This document shows positions 1 through 11,712 of a stretch of DNA of 64,000 nucleotides, one piece after another. Each line of letters begins with the position of its first letter. Position 1 is the first letter of the stretch. The notes beneath the pieces were generated by a model, which worked only from the letters and a program-made list of their open reading frames with translations, had not been told where the DNA came from and did no database searches. The translations under genes and the position numbers were made by a program. The stretch is taken from the NCBI GenBank assembly GCA_030141605.1, contig JAQGDQ010000420.1, forward strand, positions 62,001-126,000, in the 5' to 3' direction. The DNA is from Tubiluchus corallicola. Its lineage: Eukaryota > Animalia > Priapulida.

Positions 1-71
1 GCTGAAGCAGAAAGTAAGTTAGATTTAAGCTGTTATGTTTACTTTGCTATTTTTCAGCAAACGGTATTAAC

Positions 72-263
72 CTTTTCACATTTTAAGAGCATCGAGTTAA
101 GAGACATCATGTCTAGGCAGTATCGTCTCAAATAATTTGAGGAAATAAACTGATTTGTGCAGCACAGAAGTCTGGTGTTGCTTAAAACAGTCTTGACTTG
201 ATAAAGTGATAGATGAATTGTGTCCATCTGAATTGCAATTGTTGCAATAGTTGAGAAAAAGTC
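72..263 (-). CDS. Possible internal coding exon (64 codons, phase 0-0) of an unidentified gene continuing off the left edge
   Basis: cgcag|GAC...AAG|gttaat boundaries. 192 nt open frame DFFSTIATIAIQMDTIHLSLYQVKTVLSNTRLLCCTNQFISSNYLRRYCLDMMSLNSMLLKCEK. No family recognised. Confidence 0.25.
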
Positions 264-272
264 CTGCGACGG

Positions 273-287
273 TAAAGAGTAAGAGTA

Positions 288-357
<70 letters not shown>

Positions 358-1250
358 GAGTGAGAGTGAGAGTAAGAGTAAAAATAGAGTAAGAGTGAGA
401 GTGAGAGTAAGAGGAAGAGGAAGAGTGAGAGTGAGAGTAAGAGTAAAAATAGAGTAAGAGTGAGAGTGAGAGTAAGAGTAAGAGAGAGAGAGTGAGAGTA
501 AAAGTAAGAGTAAAAATAGAGTAAGAGTGAGAGTGAGAGTAAGAGGAAGAGGAAGAGTGAGAATGAGAGTAAGAGTGAGAGTGAGAGTAAGAGAAAGAGG
601 AAGAGTGAGAGTAAGAGTAAAAATAGAGTAAGAGTGAGAGTGAGAGTGAGAGTGAGAGTAAGAGTGAGAGTGAGAGTAAGAGTAAAAATAGAGTAAGAGT
701 GAGAGTAAGAGGAAGAGTGAGAGTGAGAGTGAGAGTAAGAGTAAGAGTAAGAGTAAGAGTAAGAGTAAGAGTAAAAATAGAGTAAGAGTGAGAGTGAGAG
801 GAGGAGGAAGAGTGAGAGTGAGAGTAAGAGGAAGAGTGAGAGTGAGAGTAAAAATAGAGTAAGAGTGAGAGTAAGAGTAAGAGTGAGAGTAAAAATAGAG
901 TAAGAGTGAGAGTGAGAGTAAGAGTGAGAGTAAGAGTAAAAATAGAGTAAGAGTGAGAGTGAGAGTGAGAGTGAGAGTAAGAGTGAGAGTGAGAGTAAGA
1001 GTAAAAATAGAGTAAGAGTGAGAGTAAGAGGAAGAGTGAGAGTGAGAGTGAGAGTAAGAGTGAGAGTAAGAGTGAGAGTAAGAGTAAAAATAGAGTAAGA
1101 GTGAGAGTGAGAGGAGGAGGAAGAGTAAGAGTGAGAGTGAGCGTAAGAGTAAAAATAGAGTAAGAGTAAGAGTGAGAGTAAGAGTGAGAGTAAGAGGAAG
1201 AGTGACAGTGAGAGTGAAAGTGAGAGTGAGAGTAAAAATAGAGTAAGAGT
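273..1250. repeat. Degenerate hexamer array (GAGTGA/GAGTAA) with recurring AAAATAGAGT variants
   Basis: Directly visible. Source of the spurious ESES/VRVR ORF. Confidence 0.95.
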
Positions 1251-2379
1251 AATATACAGACTTTTATAAAATTTAGGCAGAGGAGGAAGGGAATCAGTGT
1301 GAGCTAACAGTGAAATTAGCTCAACGGTTCATGTATTTTACGCTGCAAAGGTCTTAAAACTAAGCTGCAAAATAATTAACATTTTAACTGCAAAATGCAT
1401 AATATTTTGCCACAGCAATGCTTTCCTGCCTACTCAATGTACACTTGCCGCATAGTCTGGCAGTGATGTGTTAAAGCCTATAGCGGGCTGACAGGTACCG
1501 GCGTGTGCCGCTATTTGAAATATTGAAAGCCTTTATGAAGTTCGAAAAAATTTCATGAATGTGTGGACGTTTTTGTCGCGCTAGATTAAAATTAAAACAC
1601 GATACGTGGATTATGAACTTTGCACCCCAGGGCTGCACCAATGACCCCCAACATCAGCAGTCTATACGTCACCTTAGTAGGGAAAATCATCAAAACCGTT
1701 CATTCATTTGAGATGCTTCTGATCAAAAACTGTGCAGTGTGAAAAAAACAATTAAATTTGTAAACCCTTTTATTACCCTTAATAATCGCCATTTCATCGT
1801 GTTATATATTTTCTTGGTTGCCTGATTAGAATTTTTCTGGAAGTAAAGTTTTGTACAAAATCATTGTCCAAATATGATTGACATGTTCGTAACCAATATG
1901 TGTTTATTTGTGTCATTAATTCATAATCTTGAAATAAAAATTAGCTATTATACTGTCCATTACGCTAAATATCGTGATCAAATATTTTATGTAATCACAT
2001 CAGTCTAGTTGAATTAATCTTCTTCAAGCCGAACCTCCTGTCACATGCAGGCCCTCTTCCCTTCTAGGTACTTAGACGTTGACGTTAATTAGCAACACAA
2101 TTATAGTAATTTTTCATTTGCTGCCCCGTGCAGAAGCTGCATCTCAGACGGTCGTCCACTCAGAAATTGCCAAGCATAAATGATGGTTTGGGGGAACTAT
2201 AACTAGATAGTTAGTTAACATAGATAGATAGCAACAATAAATAGGTAGTAGTGACTATAACTGGAACTAATTAGCAATGATTAGCAGGAGTTTGGAAAGC
2301 ATTCAGGTAGCAGAGAAAAAAGAAAACGCAAGAGAAAAAGAACTATGATCCGTTACACTTCTAAAGTAGCGCTCAGAGT

Positions 2380-2550
2380 ACGCGTTGTTAATTCATCATC
2401 CGAACTAATTGATGACCGTAACCCTCGCGGCGAAGTCAGTCATTCGGAATAATTTGCCGGAAATTTTTCGCTGAGACGATACCTAGCTGAAGATTCGGTG
2501 GAGAAGTCGCTGACACGAGCGAGGTTCGAACCTGCGATCTGCATCTCCTG
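2380..2550 (-). mobile_element. tRNA-derived SINE-like remnant
   Basis: Minus strand gcagatcgcaGGTTCGAACCtcgctcgtgtc contains a Pol III B-box. No complete cloverleaf. Confidence 0.35.
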
Positions 2551-4291
2551 CTTGTACCTAGTTAAACTAACGAAAGTTTGAATTGGTATTTAGCAACCAA
2601 TATTGCGCCTTTAGCTAGTTCAAAACATTATTTTTCACTTGCACTAAAATTTATAATGGCAAACAAGTTTTTTGTTCTAGACCGGAAATCCGGCACTTCA
2701 GCAAACAGGAATTTTCTAAACCAGCAGAAGTGGCATACTCCTAAATTTACTTCAATTTAATTCACCTTACTCTACTAATTACATGCATCAACAACAACAA
2801 CAACAAATATTAAAAGCTACCCACACCAAATAAGAAGGACGTCCACAACCTAAAAAAATTTCAGCTATATTGTACATCAGAGTCATTAGCAATATTTGCC
2901 ATCAAACCATTGCCAGATTGCAAAATTCTGGTAAGCAGACTATAGATAACTACTGTGTCGTATATGAATGAAATTTGGAAGAAATAAATCTACGCACATC
3001 TGAGATGAACTGTAGTCATATCTAAGTTTAAACAGTTTCCTTGTACCATTGTTGTTTGACACTCAATTTTCTCTAGAGCAAAAATTAGCCCTCGGTGAAG
3101 ACAACAATAGAAAGTACAACAGCAGCTTTTGAGGAAAGAAGAGAAAATGGGTTGTGATTTAGTAATGGCTAGTGTTATTTTTCCATCGGATTCATTAATG
3201 GTGACAAAATCGCCCTGCGTCAGTTGTTATCAACGTTCGCTGCAGAAAAGCGGATTTGGCATCACTCAAATCAATTGAGTTGTTCTCGTGTGTATAAGAC
3301 GTGTTGCTGTGAATATGTGTAGATTATAAAAATGTCCTCAGCTGCGCTAGAATCAAGTTCCCAGTCGTAAGCCAAAGCAAGTGTTAATCCAGCGGCGTTA
3401 TGCACAACAATAAGCAGCTTTTCTTTAAGAGACACCTGCAAAATACCCGAAACGCACAAGAGAAAGTGATTTTACTTTCACGAAAACAGCAGTGCACTAG
3501 ATTCTTGCTGTGAGTCATTTAAAGGAAAACAGGTTGATTTTTCGTGACCCATTCGTACCCCATTTTGAAGAACAGTAAAAAGTTTACATTTTAACACCCG
3601 TAATAATGTCATGGCGTTTCTGAAAATTAAATAATAAGTTAAACTTTTAATTAATGGCGGGCGAGCCCAACTAGTAGTGACATCACAACTGAACATAATT
3701 TTCAACAGCAAAAATATTCCATTAGCATGTTGCACGTGTTTGTGAGAGCGAAAATTAGTACTACTGAACAACACTCAGTGTAATATAAAAGAAACAAAAA
3801 ACGCGGCAAAAATTTTAAGTCGAACGTGTGTGCTACGTCACAACCGAACACCTCGGAACTGAGATGCACAGCAACTGTTTTTTGTGCAACGCGTTACAGA
3901 GATGGTGGCGCGCTAGTGCCCGTCTAAATAGCAAATAGCGAAATGCATATAACCACGAAGAACTACCGTGCCAAGGTGAAATTACGTTTCAATGGAAATG
4001 ATTCTTTGTCTAGTTTGTCTAGGACGATGAGAGACCGTTGTGAGTTGAGGCAAAACCACAAGGAGTTGAAGTTAGAATACAAAAAGAGTTGAAAGTCGTG
4101 TCGGGTGAACGTTTTAAGTTTAAACGGCAATTTTTTTGTTTTGTCTCTCGTTAAGCTATAGTTTAACATTGGATCCGATTTTCTTTAAGCTTTTTTAGTT
4201 TTAAACCCTATTCAAAAAAAATATCCTGCTCGTATATAAAAGAATCTTCCTAAGTCAAATAAAACTAGATAAACCCCCATGTACGCGCTTG

Positions 4292-4780
4292 TGCTTACTC
4301 TTACTCTTGCTCTTGCCCTTGCCCTTGCCCTTGCCCTTGCCCTTGCCCTTGCCCTTGCCCTTGCCCTTGCCCTTGCCCTTGCCCTTGCCCTTGCCCTTGC
4401 CCTTGCCCTTGCCCTTGCCCTTGCCCTTGCCCTTGCCCTTGCCCTTGCCCTTGCCCTTGCCCTTGCCCTTACCCTTACCCTTACCCTTACCCTTACCCTT
4501 ACCCTTACCCTTACCCTTACCCTTACCCTTACCCTTACTCTTACTCTTACTCTTACTCTTACTGTTACCCTTACCCTTACCCTTACTCTTACTCTTACTC
4601 TTACTCTTACTCTTACTCTTACTCTTACTCTTACCCTTACCCTTACCCTTACCCTTACTCTTACTCTTACTCTTACTCTTACCCTTACCCTTACCCTTAC
4701 CCTTACTCTTACTCTTACTCTTACTCTTATTCTTACCCTTGCCCTTACCCTTACTCTTACTCTTACTCTTATTCTTATTC
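4292..4780. repeat. Hexamer array (GCCCTT)n-(ACCCTT)n-(ACTCTT)n
   Basis: Directly visible. Source of the LALA/LPLP/LTLT ORFs. Confidence 0.95.
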
Positions 4781-5787
4781 TATGTCACACAGCAACTACG
4801 TATTGCAATCTTCACTTTCCCAAGCGCGTAATAATATGCATAGTTCGACCAGACACAAGAAAATCGTATTGTTTTCCTTTAACATCTTGCTAATGGGGTC
4901 ACAACCAGGATACATACATTTTACAATCATAAAAGCAGTGGTCGGGTTACATCGTTTTCTCGTTAAGCGCAAATAAACTTGACACTCTAATTAGATTTAC
5001 TTTCGTTAAATGCGCTCATAAATTTAATAAAAACCGAAAATAACTGTGGTGTTAATGAAGCCGTAAACACTGCAGTTTATGGTTATGAATACTGCCCGTA
5101 TTTAGCAAATTTGTAAGTTGATTCTTGTTACAGCTGTTTTTGTTTCGTGAACGTCATTTCTGTGCAACACCAGCAAGTAATTTATGGGCAAAAATATTGC
5201 AAAGAACAAGCAGTTTCAGTTTCAATAAATGCAGTTTATTATAACGAGAAAAACCACAAAGATATTAATTACGCATACAAAGGAGTGCTGTAGAATAATA
5301 GATTAAATTAAATTTAAGTTTAGTATTTATTTGTATATATCACCATGATCATTCAGAAATTTCATAGATAAGTAATATAATTGAGTTACTTTAACGAAAC
5401 TTTCCAGAGATATATAAGCAATAGTCAATGAATTACTGTAAAGATATAGATACGTAAGCAACATCAATGAGCTACGTTAATGACATGTTTTATGTTTTAA
5501 TATTTATATCAAAATGAGCAATACTAATTCCTTGCCTTTATGAAGTCTTCACAATGAATTTTAAAACCAGCGCATAACTGATTTGTACATGCTAAAACAG
5601 TTTGAGCCCATTCATACCGTAAAAATGTCTGATCAGTTCTCTAATTAAGACTAAATTAACAAACAGTATACAAAATTAAAATTTTGAATACATAATTTTT
5701 GCGACCTACGACTAAAATACGTGTGTCATAGTATAGTCTATAGCCTGAATGCTAATAAGTTTGACCATTGTGGTATGTCTCTACAGC

Positions 5788-8279
5788 TTAGAGCTCGTCT
5801 TTGTACTTAAAATCACTCCCTTTGATATGTTGTACAAGCCTGTAATAAAAATAATTTGGATGAGAAAAATTTCACAATAAACAAACACAGCAGAACATTC
5901 AGTGCTACTTACTGACTTTCGTATGTTTACTGAATTACATTTTTATAATTTGTTGTTCATCAAAACAGCTATAAAATACGACAACTGCGAATGTGATTGA
6001 TATTGGCGAACAGGACGTAGTTGGATGTGGTAAGACAGGAACCTAGCTCATTATCAAGACTAACGTTCTAAGTATAAGATGAGTCCCTGAACCGGCTGTC
6101 TTATTAAGTTTGCATCCTCCCTCAACGAATAAGTATTAAAAATATATAGAAAAATACAATGAACTTTTATAAGCAGGAATGAAAACGTATGTACCGAATA
6201 TTTTGAGTTGTGTAACAAAAACCAGTGAGCAAGAGTAAGAACGTCAAAAACGTTTCAGCTTTTCTTGTGAACCTTTTATAAGAGCTGAGAGATTCATCAT
6301 AAATATGTGTTTCAAATATCTGTCGCTCTTCATTTCTAATGAGGTTCTCACCTCATTAAGTTCCGACGACTGCAGGCAACAGTTTTTGCTTATCTTTGTA
6401 ACCACCCCCGCCCCCTGCTTGGACTATATAATGGATGAGGTAGTAGACAGGTGGAAACATAAATGACTTTTCCCTCAAAGATAGAACTCCTTTAGCTAAT
6501 TGTTAATGATATGAGTACCTATTATACCGGGTAACAGGGAAACAATTTTGTAGTGAAGAATTCCACAGATAAGACACCCCGGGGAAAATGCATTAGTAAT
6601 TAGTCATTTTACATTTAGAAATTCTAGGATAGAAATTCGAAAACTAGTAGCAAAACGGATACTCTCAAAATTGTTGGTGACTTGGGAAATCATTATAAAA
6701 ATCAACTCACCAATCTTTCGTAAATTCAACGTCTGTGTCAGAAACAGGTGTTTCCATAATTCTCAGTCTCGCCAGGAAAGCTTCGTGCTTTTCTCTGTGT
6801 TTCATATAGTCAGGAAAATTTGATTTCACCATCAGTTCCTGAAATAAAACATCAAGTAGTTTTTTTCAGAAAGGCTTTTGTTTCTCAAGTACACATAGAA
6901 TGCACAATATCATCTCGCTACAAAGAAAAAACACGTCAAAAAAGTGTATCAGAAAAAGGCGCATATATAAACCCAAATATTACTAAACAATTCAAATAAA
7001 TAAACCCACGTCTTAATGAAACGATTTAAAAGGAGTTTCTGAGATTTTAATTCTGAGAAATAAATCCCACTGTGTTGTGGGATTGGATCTGAGGTTAACT
7101 ATGTCATTCGTGTGTAGGTTAGGGTGTGGTGAAAATAACTTTTTTATCCAATCTTTTTACACCTTTTCTTACTTTGGAGGTTTGATGAGATACTAACACT
7201 AACATTGGTAAATTTTCAGCTAGATTAAGCTTTGGAAACACGTGTCGCCACTTATGTTAAGATTTCAGAATTATGCTCATTTGTGTAGTAATTTGACAAA
7301 TCTTAAAAATTATTATATCCACTCCACTGACCTATCAATTTTCACGAGCAGTTTGCAATGATTAACAGTTATCACACATATAATCTTAAGATGAGTGGAG
7401 ACACGTGTTCCCAAAGCTTAACCTACCTGAAAATTTACCTTGTTAGTATTTCATCAAACCTCCAAAGTAGGAAAAGTTGTAAAAAGATTGGATAAAAGAA
7501 GTTATTTTCACCACACCCTAATGTAGGTACGCCCAATGGGTACCATGCCTGTAAAATTATTGCACCCTAAATTTAGAATCCAAATCTGAAATGCATACAT
7601 TCAGTGATTGCATGTGTGCTTTTAACACTTTCATATGTTTTTACTTCGTACTTTAATCACTGTCTTTAAAAACGAAAAAAACTTACTTGTTAAATATTAT
7701 GTTGTAATTTGCTTTTACTTACTTTTGTACACCAGCGTCTTTCTTTTTATTGCAAAGTTGTAATCTATTTTACAATTGCACTAACCTAGTTCTTGACTGT
7801 GTTTATAGATGTTATGAATACGTATGAATAAGTACTAACCTCTTCGTGTCCAAAATACTTTTGAAAAACATCGTACAAATTTCTAACGAAAAAATCGCTA
7901 TCCCTCTTATTAGCAACGTTGAAGATGCCATTGAAGAGGATTTTGTGTCCATCATCAATGCGCTCGAACTGAAAGTAAAATAATTAAAAAAATAATAAAT
8001 AAAAAACTGGCACGAAACCATAGACATATTTGAAGGCAATGGCAAAAAGAAAAGCGTTTTAAATAATTTTATTAAACAATTATTAAGCATTTGCTGGAAA
8101 ATCAATAATTCTGCAAATACACCACAAATAGTTTGCAACCAAGCACTTATAAATGCACATCACAACTGGGAAAATTGAAAAGAATACGTGCAATTTTTAC
8201 AGTTTGCTGATTGATTATGACTTACAAAGGTACTAAAAGACTCGTCCCAAGTAAATGGTTCGGGTATATCGAAAGGCAT
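5788..8279 (-). CDS. Myohemerythrin-like Hr1, divergent (4 exons, 120 aa; His-to-Tyr at the HFxxEE ligand; ends KDEL)
   Basis: Exons 8279-8226, 7968-7840, 6838-6711, 5839-5788, all GT-AG. Protein: [120 protein letters not shown]. Has the PEPFxWDESF, HxxxH and WLVxHIxxxDFKYK hemerythrin motifs. Confidence 0.92.
7120..7520. mobile_element. hAT-type MITE with ~145-bp terminal inverted repeats, in Hr1 intron 2
   Basis: TAGGGTGTGGTGAAAATAACT...AGTTATTTTCACCACACCCTA. Flanks gtgtaggt/atgtaggt match 7/8 as an 8-bp TSD. Confidence 0.8.
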
Positions 8280-8365
8280 GTCGAATAATTCTTGCTCTCC
8301 CTAACTTTAGTTAAAGAAATCCTACTATAGAAACTTAAAGTCGTGCTTCTCGCATATTCTGGCTC

Positions 8366-8430
8366 TTTATATACCTATCCTGACTCTCTGTTGGTCACGC
8401 AAGCGAGACCCTAGACGGGGGAGAGACGTG
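8366..8430 (-). promoter_or_regulatory. Hr1 core promoter: TATATAAA plus upstream RCGTG core
   Basis: tttatata at 8366-8373 (TATATAAA on minus). ACGTG at 8426-8430. Confidence 0.55.
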
Positions 8431-8612
8431 CTGAAAAATCTAACAAAAACTAGGCCATATTTTTCGTTTTTCCTCTCAAAAACTGTATCTGTCAAATTCT
8501 TAAAACTGACGTTATTGCTAGTCTTTATGGCGAATATCCTGGAAGCATATGGCGTCGAAATAACTACAACAAACAATATTAAGAACCAATATTTGTAAAT
8601 AAATAAAGAACA

Positions 8613-8720
8613 AGCCGAGTGGTCACAGTGTGCGTTTGGCAACCGAAGTTAAGCATCGCCGAGACTGGTCAGTAGATGGGTGACGACGCATAAAATACTT
8701 ACTCCGAGAATGCAAGCGTT
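8613..8720 (+). mobile_element. 5S-rRNA-derived SINE head with a tRNA A-box-like 5' piece
   Basis: agccgagtggt (A-box-like) followed by accgaagttaagcatcgccgagactggtcagtagatgggtgac, which resembles the 5S internal control region. Confidence 0.55.
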
Positions 8721-10139
8721 GCAACTATTATTTGGTTATAATTATAATTATAATATTGTTTGTTTGGCTATAATTGATTCGCCTTGCCGATTCTGGCTGT
8801 TTACCTCGCAAAAAGATATGCATCCACATCAGAACGTAGATATTAAACGCCTCTGCTGGTTCAGTGATTCCCCTAGTCATCCAAGAGGATTAAGCATAAT
8901 AATGTATCGGTTTCTGCCATTCAAGTAAGCTCTGTGCTTTCATTAATGACTTGATGCTGAAATTCTGAAATAAAATAAACGTTTTTCTAGTGCGATATTG
9001 TACTTTTTTGATCTCACAAAGAGTCACTTTTCCGTACTAGTCGTTCATTTGATACTATGGATGTGTTTTGTTATTATAATTTATTATTTACTAGTATTTG
9101 AGTATTAGTATTATTGTCTTATTGTATTTGTAATTGCATAACTGTTACATGTATATAATCTCATTAATACACCGTCAATATATCATGTTGTTGTTTACAG
9201 TGCACAATACACATTGTGTACCTGTTTACTAATACGCGTTGTACTATTCAAACTAATACGTAATAAATAACAAATGTATAAAACAAGGATTCTCAACTAC
9301 CCAATTTAATCGTCTAAAACTTTCTCGGACCGTTACCCAAATCGGGAAACCCGGTCGTGTCCATTACCCCCCCCCCCACCTAGTACTACTTCAACTCAAA
9401 AAGTAAACACACGTATATGCCACAAGCAAGCAAAATTATTTATGTTTGGTCGTGACATAAATAAATTTCCAGGTGTTGTTGTTGTAATGATGGACCCCAT
9501 GACACAGTGTTGCCTGCCGGAGGCAGTCTCTTCAAGAAGAAAACTACGTAAAATGCATTCCGAGCGAAGTTTTAAAAAATTTCAGAGGGGTGCCCGTTAC
9601 CCCCCCCCAAAAAAAAACATATTACCCCCGGGGGTAATTTACCCCTACTTTGAACCACTGGTCTAAAAGGTGGATGCATTTTACTGCATTTATGAAATCA
9701 TAAAAGTTGTTTTTTTACCAAATGCATTATATCACCTTAAGGAAATCACTGAAAACTTGGGAATAAAAATGCAAATTACGAAAAGTTTGCGTCCCAGCTT
9801 CAAAACAAGAGTTTAGACATTACAATTTGTTTAGGCCAATATTATTATAATTCTTTATTTTTAAAAACTGTGTACAGAATACATTCCCTCTATTTGTAGG
9901 GATATGTTTAAAATTTCTAAAAGCATTTGCAACGTATTAAACCTATTCACATATATATATAATTTAGAATTCAACGCATGAGACAGATTGACGACAACGA
10001 TCATATACAATAGACATAGTTACAAATTATAATCCAACACTACATACATACATAATAAAAGATAATGAACATATTTTAATATTTAGTAACAAAAATTTAC
10101 ACGCATTATACACAATGAAACACAGCGAGTACAATTATA

Positions 10140-10325
10140 ATAAACATAGTCCGAACCTAACGTATGCAGAGTGCTAATAAAATCATTTCTTTTGGCTTGG
10201 TTCACTAATGTACATTCAAATAATAAATGGTGTACAGACTGAGGGCTTAATAAGCAGTTACATGTGCTATTAGGAGCCTGCCCAATTTTGAAGAAAAATT
10301 CCTTAAAATTTCCCTGCTTAAGTAG
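10140..10325 (-). mobile_element. Non-LTR retrotransposon ORF2 C-terminal CCHC fragment
   Basis: QGNFKEFFFKIGQAPNSTCNCLLSPQSVHHLLFEC resembles the GHGNF...CxC...TVxHLLFEC end of LINE ORF2. Confidence 0.6.
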
Positions 10326-10784
10326 TAAACTGAAAGCCAAAACTTCTAATTTTCTCCTGCCCAAAGAGACAGCAAATAGCATGCGTCGGAAACTCGTGAT
10401 CACTTCTTGCTTAGGCGCTCTCATTTTCAATGCGCATTCTTTTTCCAATGACGTCATTCGTCTTGAAGAGAAGTAGCGCACTGTCAAACCTTACTTTTGA
10501 TAAGTTTTTGCAAAAAAATTAGATTTTGTAGTTTTGTAATAGCGGGCGCTTACGGAAAACCACGGCGCGCTTACGAAAAGTCACGAAGTCTCCAGTTACG
10601 TCATGACTTTCAAGTGAATGGCGGCAACCACCACGCCTGAAAATTTTTATTCAGAGGCAGTATATAGGCAGTTCTTTGTTATATTTTTAAGTTTAAGTGT
10701 TAACAGTAAAATAAACTAAAGAAAGTGATGACTTGTTCTTCCTTTTTAAACATTCTTAGACCTGCAAACTAGGAGAATCAATCC

Positions 10785-11210
10785 TGTGAAAGATATTTGT
10801 GAAGTTGAAATGGAACACTTGTAAAAAACAACTAAACACTAGATTGCATGTTTGCACAAAAACTGAAACACTTTTATTGCACTAAATACACAGTAAAATG
10901 CACAAATAAAATGAAGATCATAACTGCTGCACAGCACTGAGTGTGTGACAGAGAGACAGTGAGTAACATGACTGCACTGCCTGAGACAGAGAGTGACTAG
11001 CAGTGAAATCTAGCCAGTTTATATAGGTTGAGAAGTATGCAAGAACTTGGCTTCACATATCCCATTACAGTGAAAATAGGGGAGATACAGAGAGTTTAAA
11101 TATTCACTGGACCATACAATTGTGATAAGGGGTGAATTGAACTAGTAAATGTTAAAGTAACGAATCAATAGATGGCAGCACCTAAATATACAGTTACAAC
11201 TTTCACATAT
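10785..11210. mobile_element. Dispersed repeat with short inverted termini; related copy in opposite orientation at ~51800-52215
   Basis: Shared blocks tagatggcagcacctaa and attcactggaccatacaatt. Ends gatatttgtgaagttg / caactttcacatatc. Confidence 0.6.
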
Positions 11211-11634
11211 CCTATTAAATATCCTACTCAGTAGTTTTCTATATGAATGAAATCACTAGTCTCGCTATTGTTCCTGCTCTATATAAACAAATCAGGCTTT
11301 GCCGTAGCAAGTCGAGTGTTTAACGCACCCCCCCCCCCCTTCAGCGACATTGCTATAGAATAACAACATTAAGTCACAGAATGATTTAGCTTTTAATAAG
11401 GAATAAAAGAAGTAAACACAGGCATAAAACTTGTAATAAACTACACGCGATGTGTACTAGTGTGTGTGTGTAAAAGACTGCCTATGAGCCTGTTATAAGA
11501 AGCTTTACCGCTTACTGTAAATTAACGCCTACTGTACATTAAAACAATTGTCTCTACATACGCCAGCATAGTTATAAAGGACGCAATACCATTGTTCTTT
11601 ACATAATCGCGTTCTTTGAATCATGCAGTGTCAG

Positions 11635-11712
11635 TAAGGGTGACCCAGTGGTAAAGGTAACACACTTTGGGTGCTCCTCAACTTACAGCCCGAGTTCGAA
11701 TCTCACGACAAC
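11635..11712 (+). mobile_element. tRNA-like SINE head
   Basis: A-box-like tgacccagtggtaaagg and B-box-like gagttcgaatctc. Stems degenerate. Confidence 0.4.

Noticed and set aside
2865-3436. Possible exons at 2865-2930 (+) and ~3271-3435 (-)
   Set aside because: Splice-like signals are present, but there is no recognisable protein or consistent partner exon.
251-4893. ORFs with ESES, LALA, LPLP and LTLT runs
   Set aside because: Translations of hexamer microsatellites.
7812-8138. ORF-track protein of 108 aa overlapping Hr1 exon 2, and similar ORFs at 22862, 24466, 32340 and 39806
   Set aside because: Wrong-frame or antisense shadows of hemerythrin exons.
8640-8700. 5S rRNA gene
   Set aside because: Only a partial, diverged ICR-like segment; the 5' half of 5S is absent.
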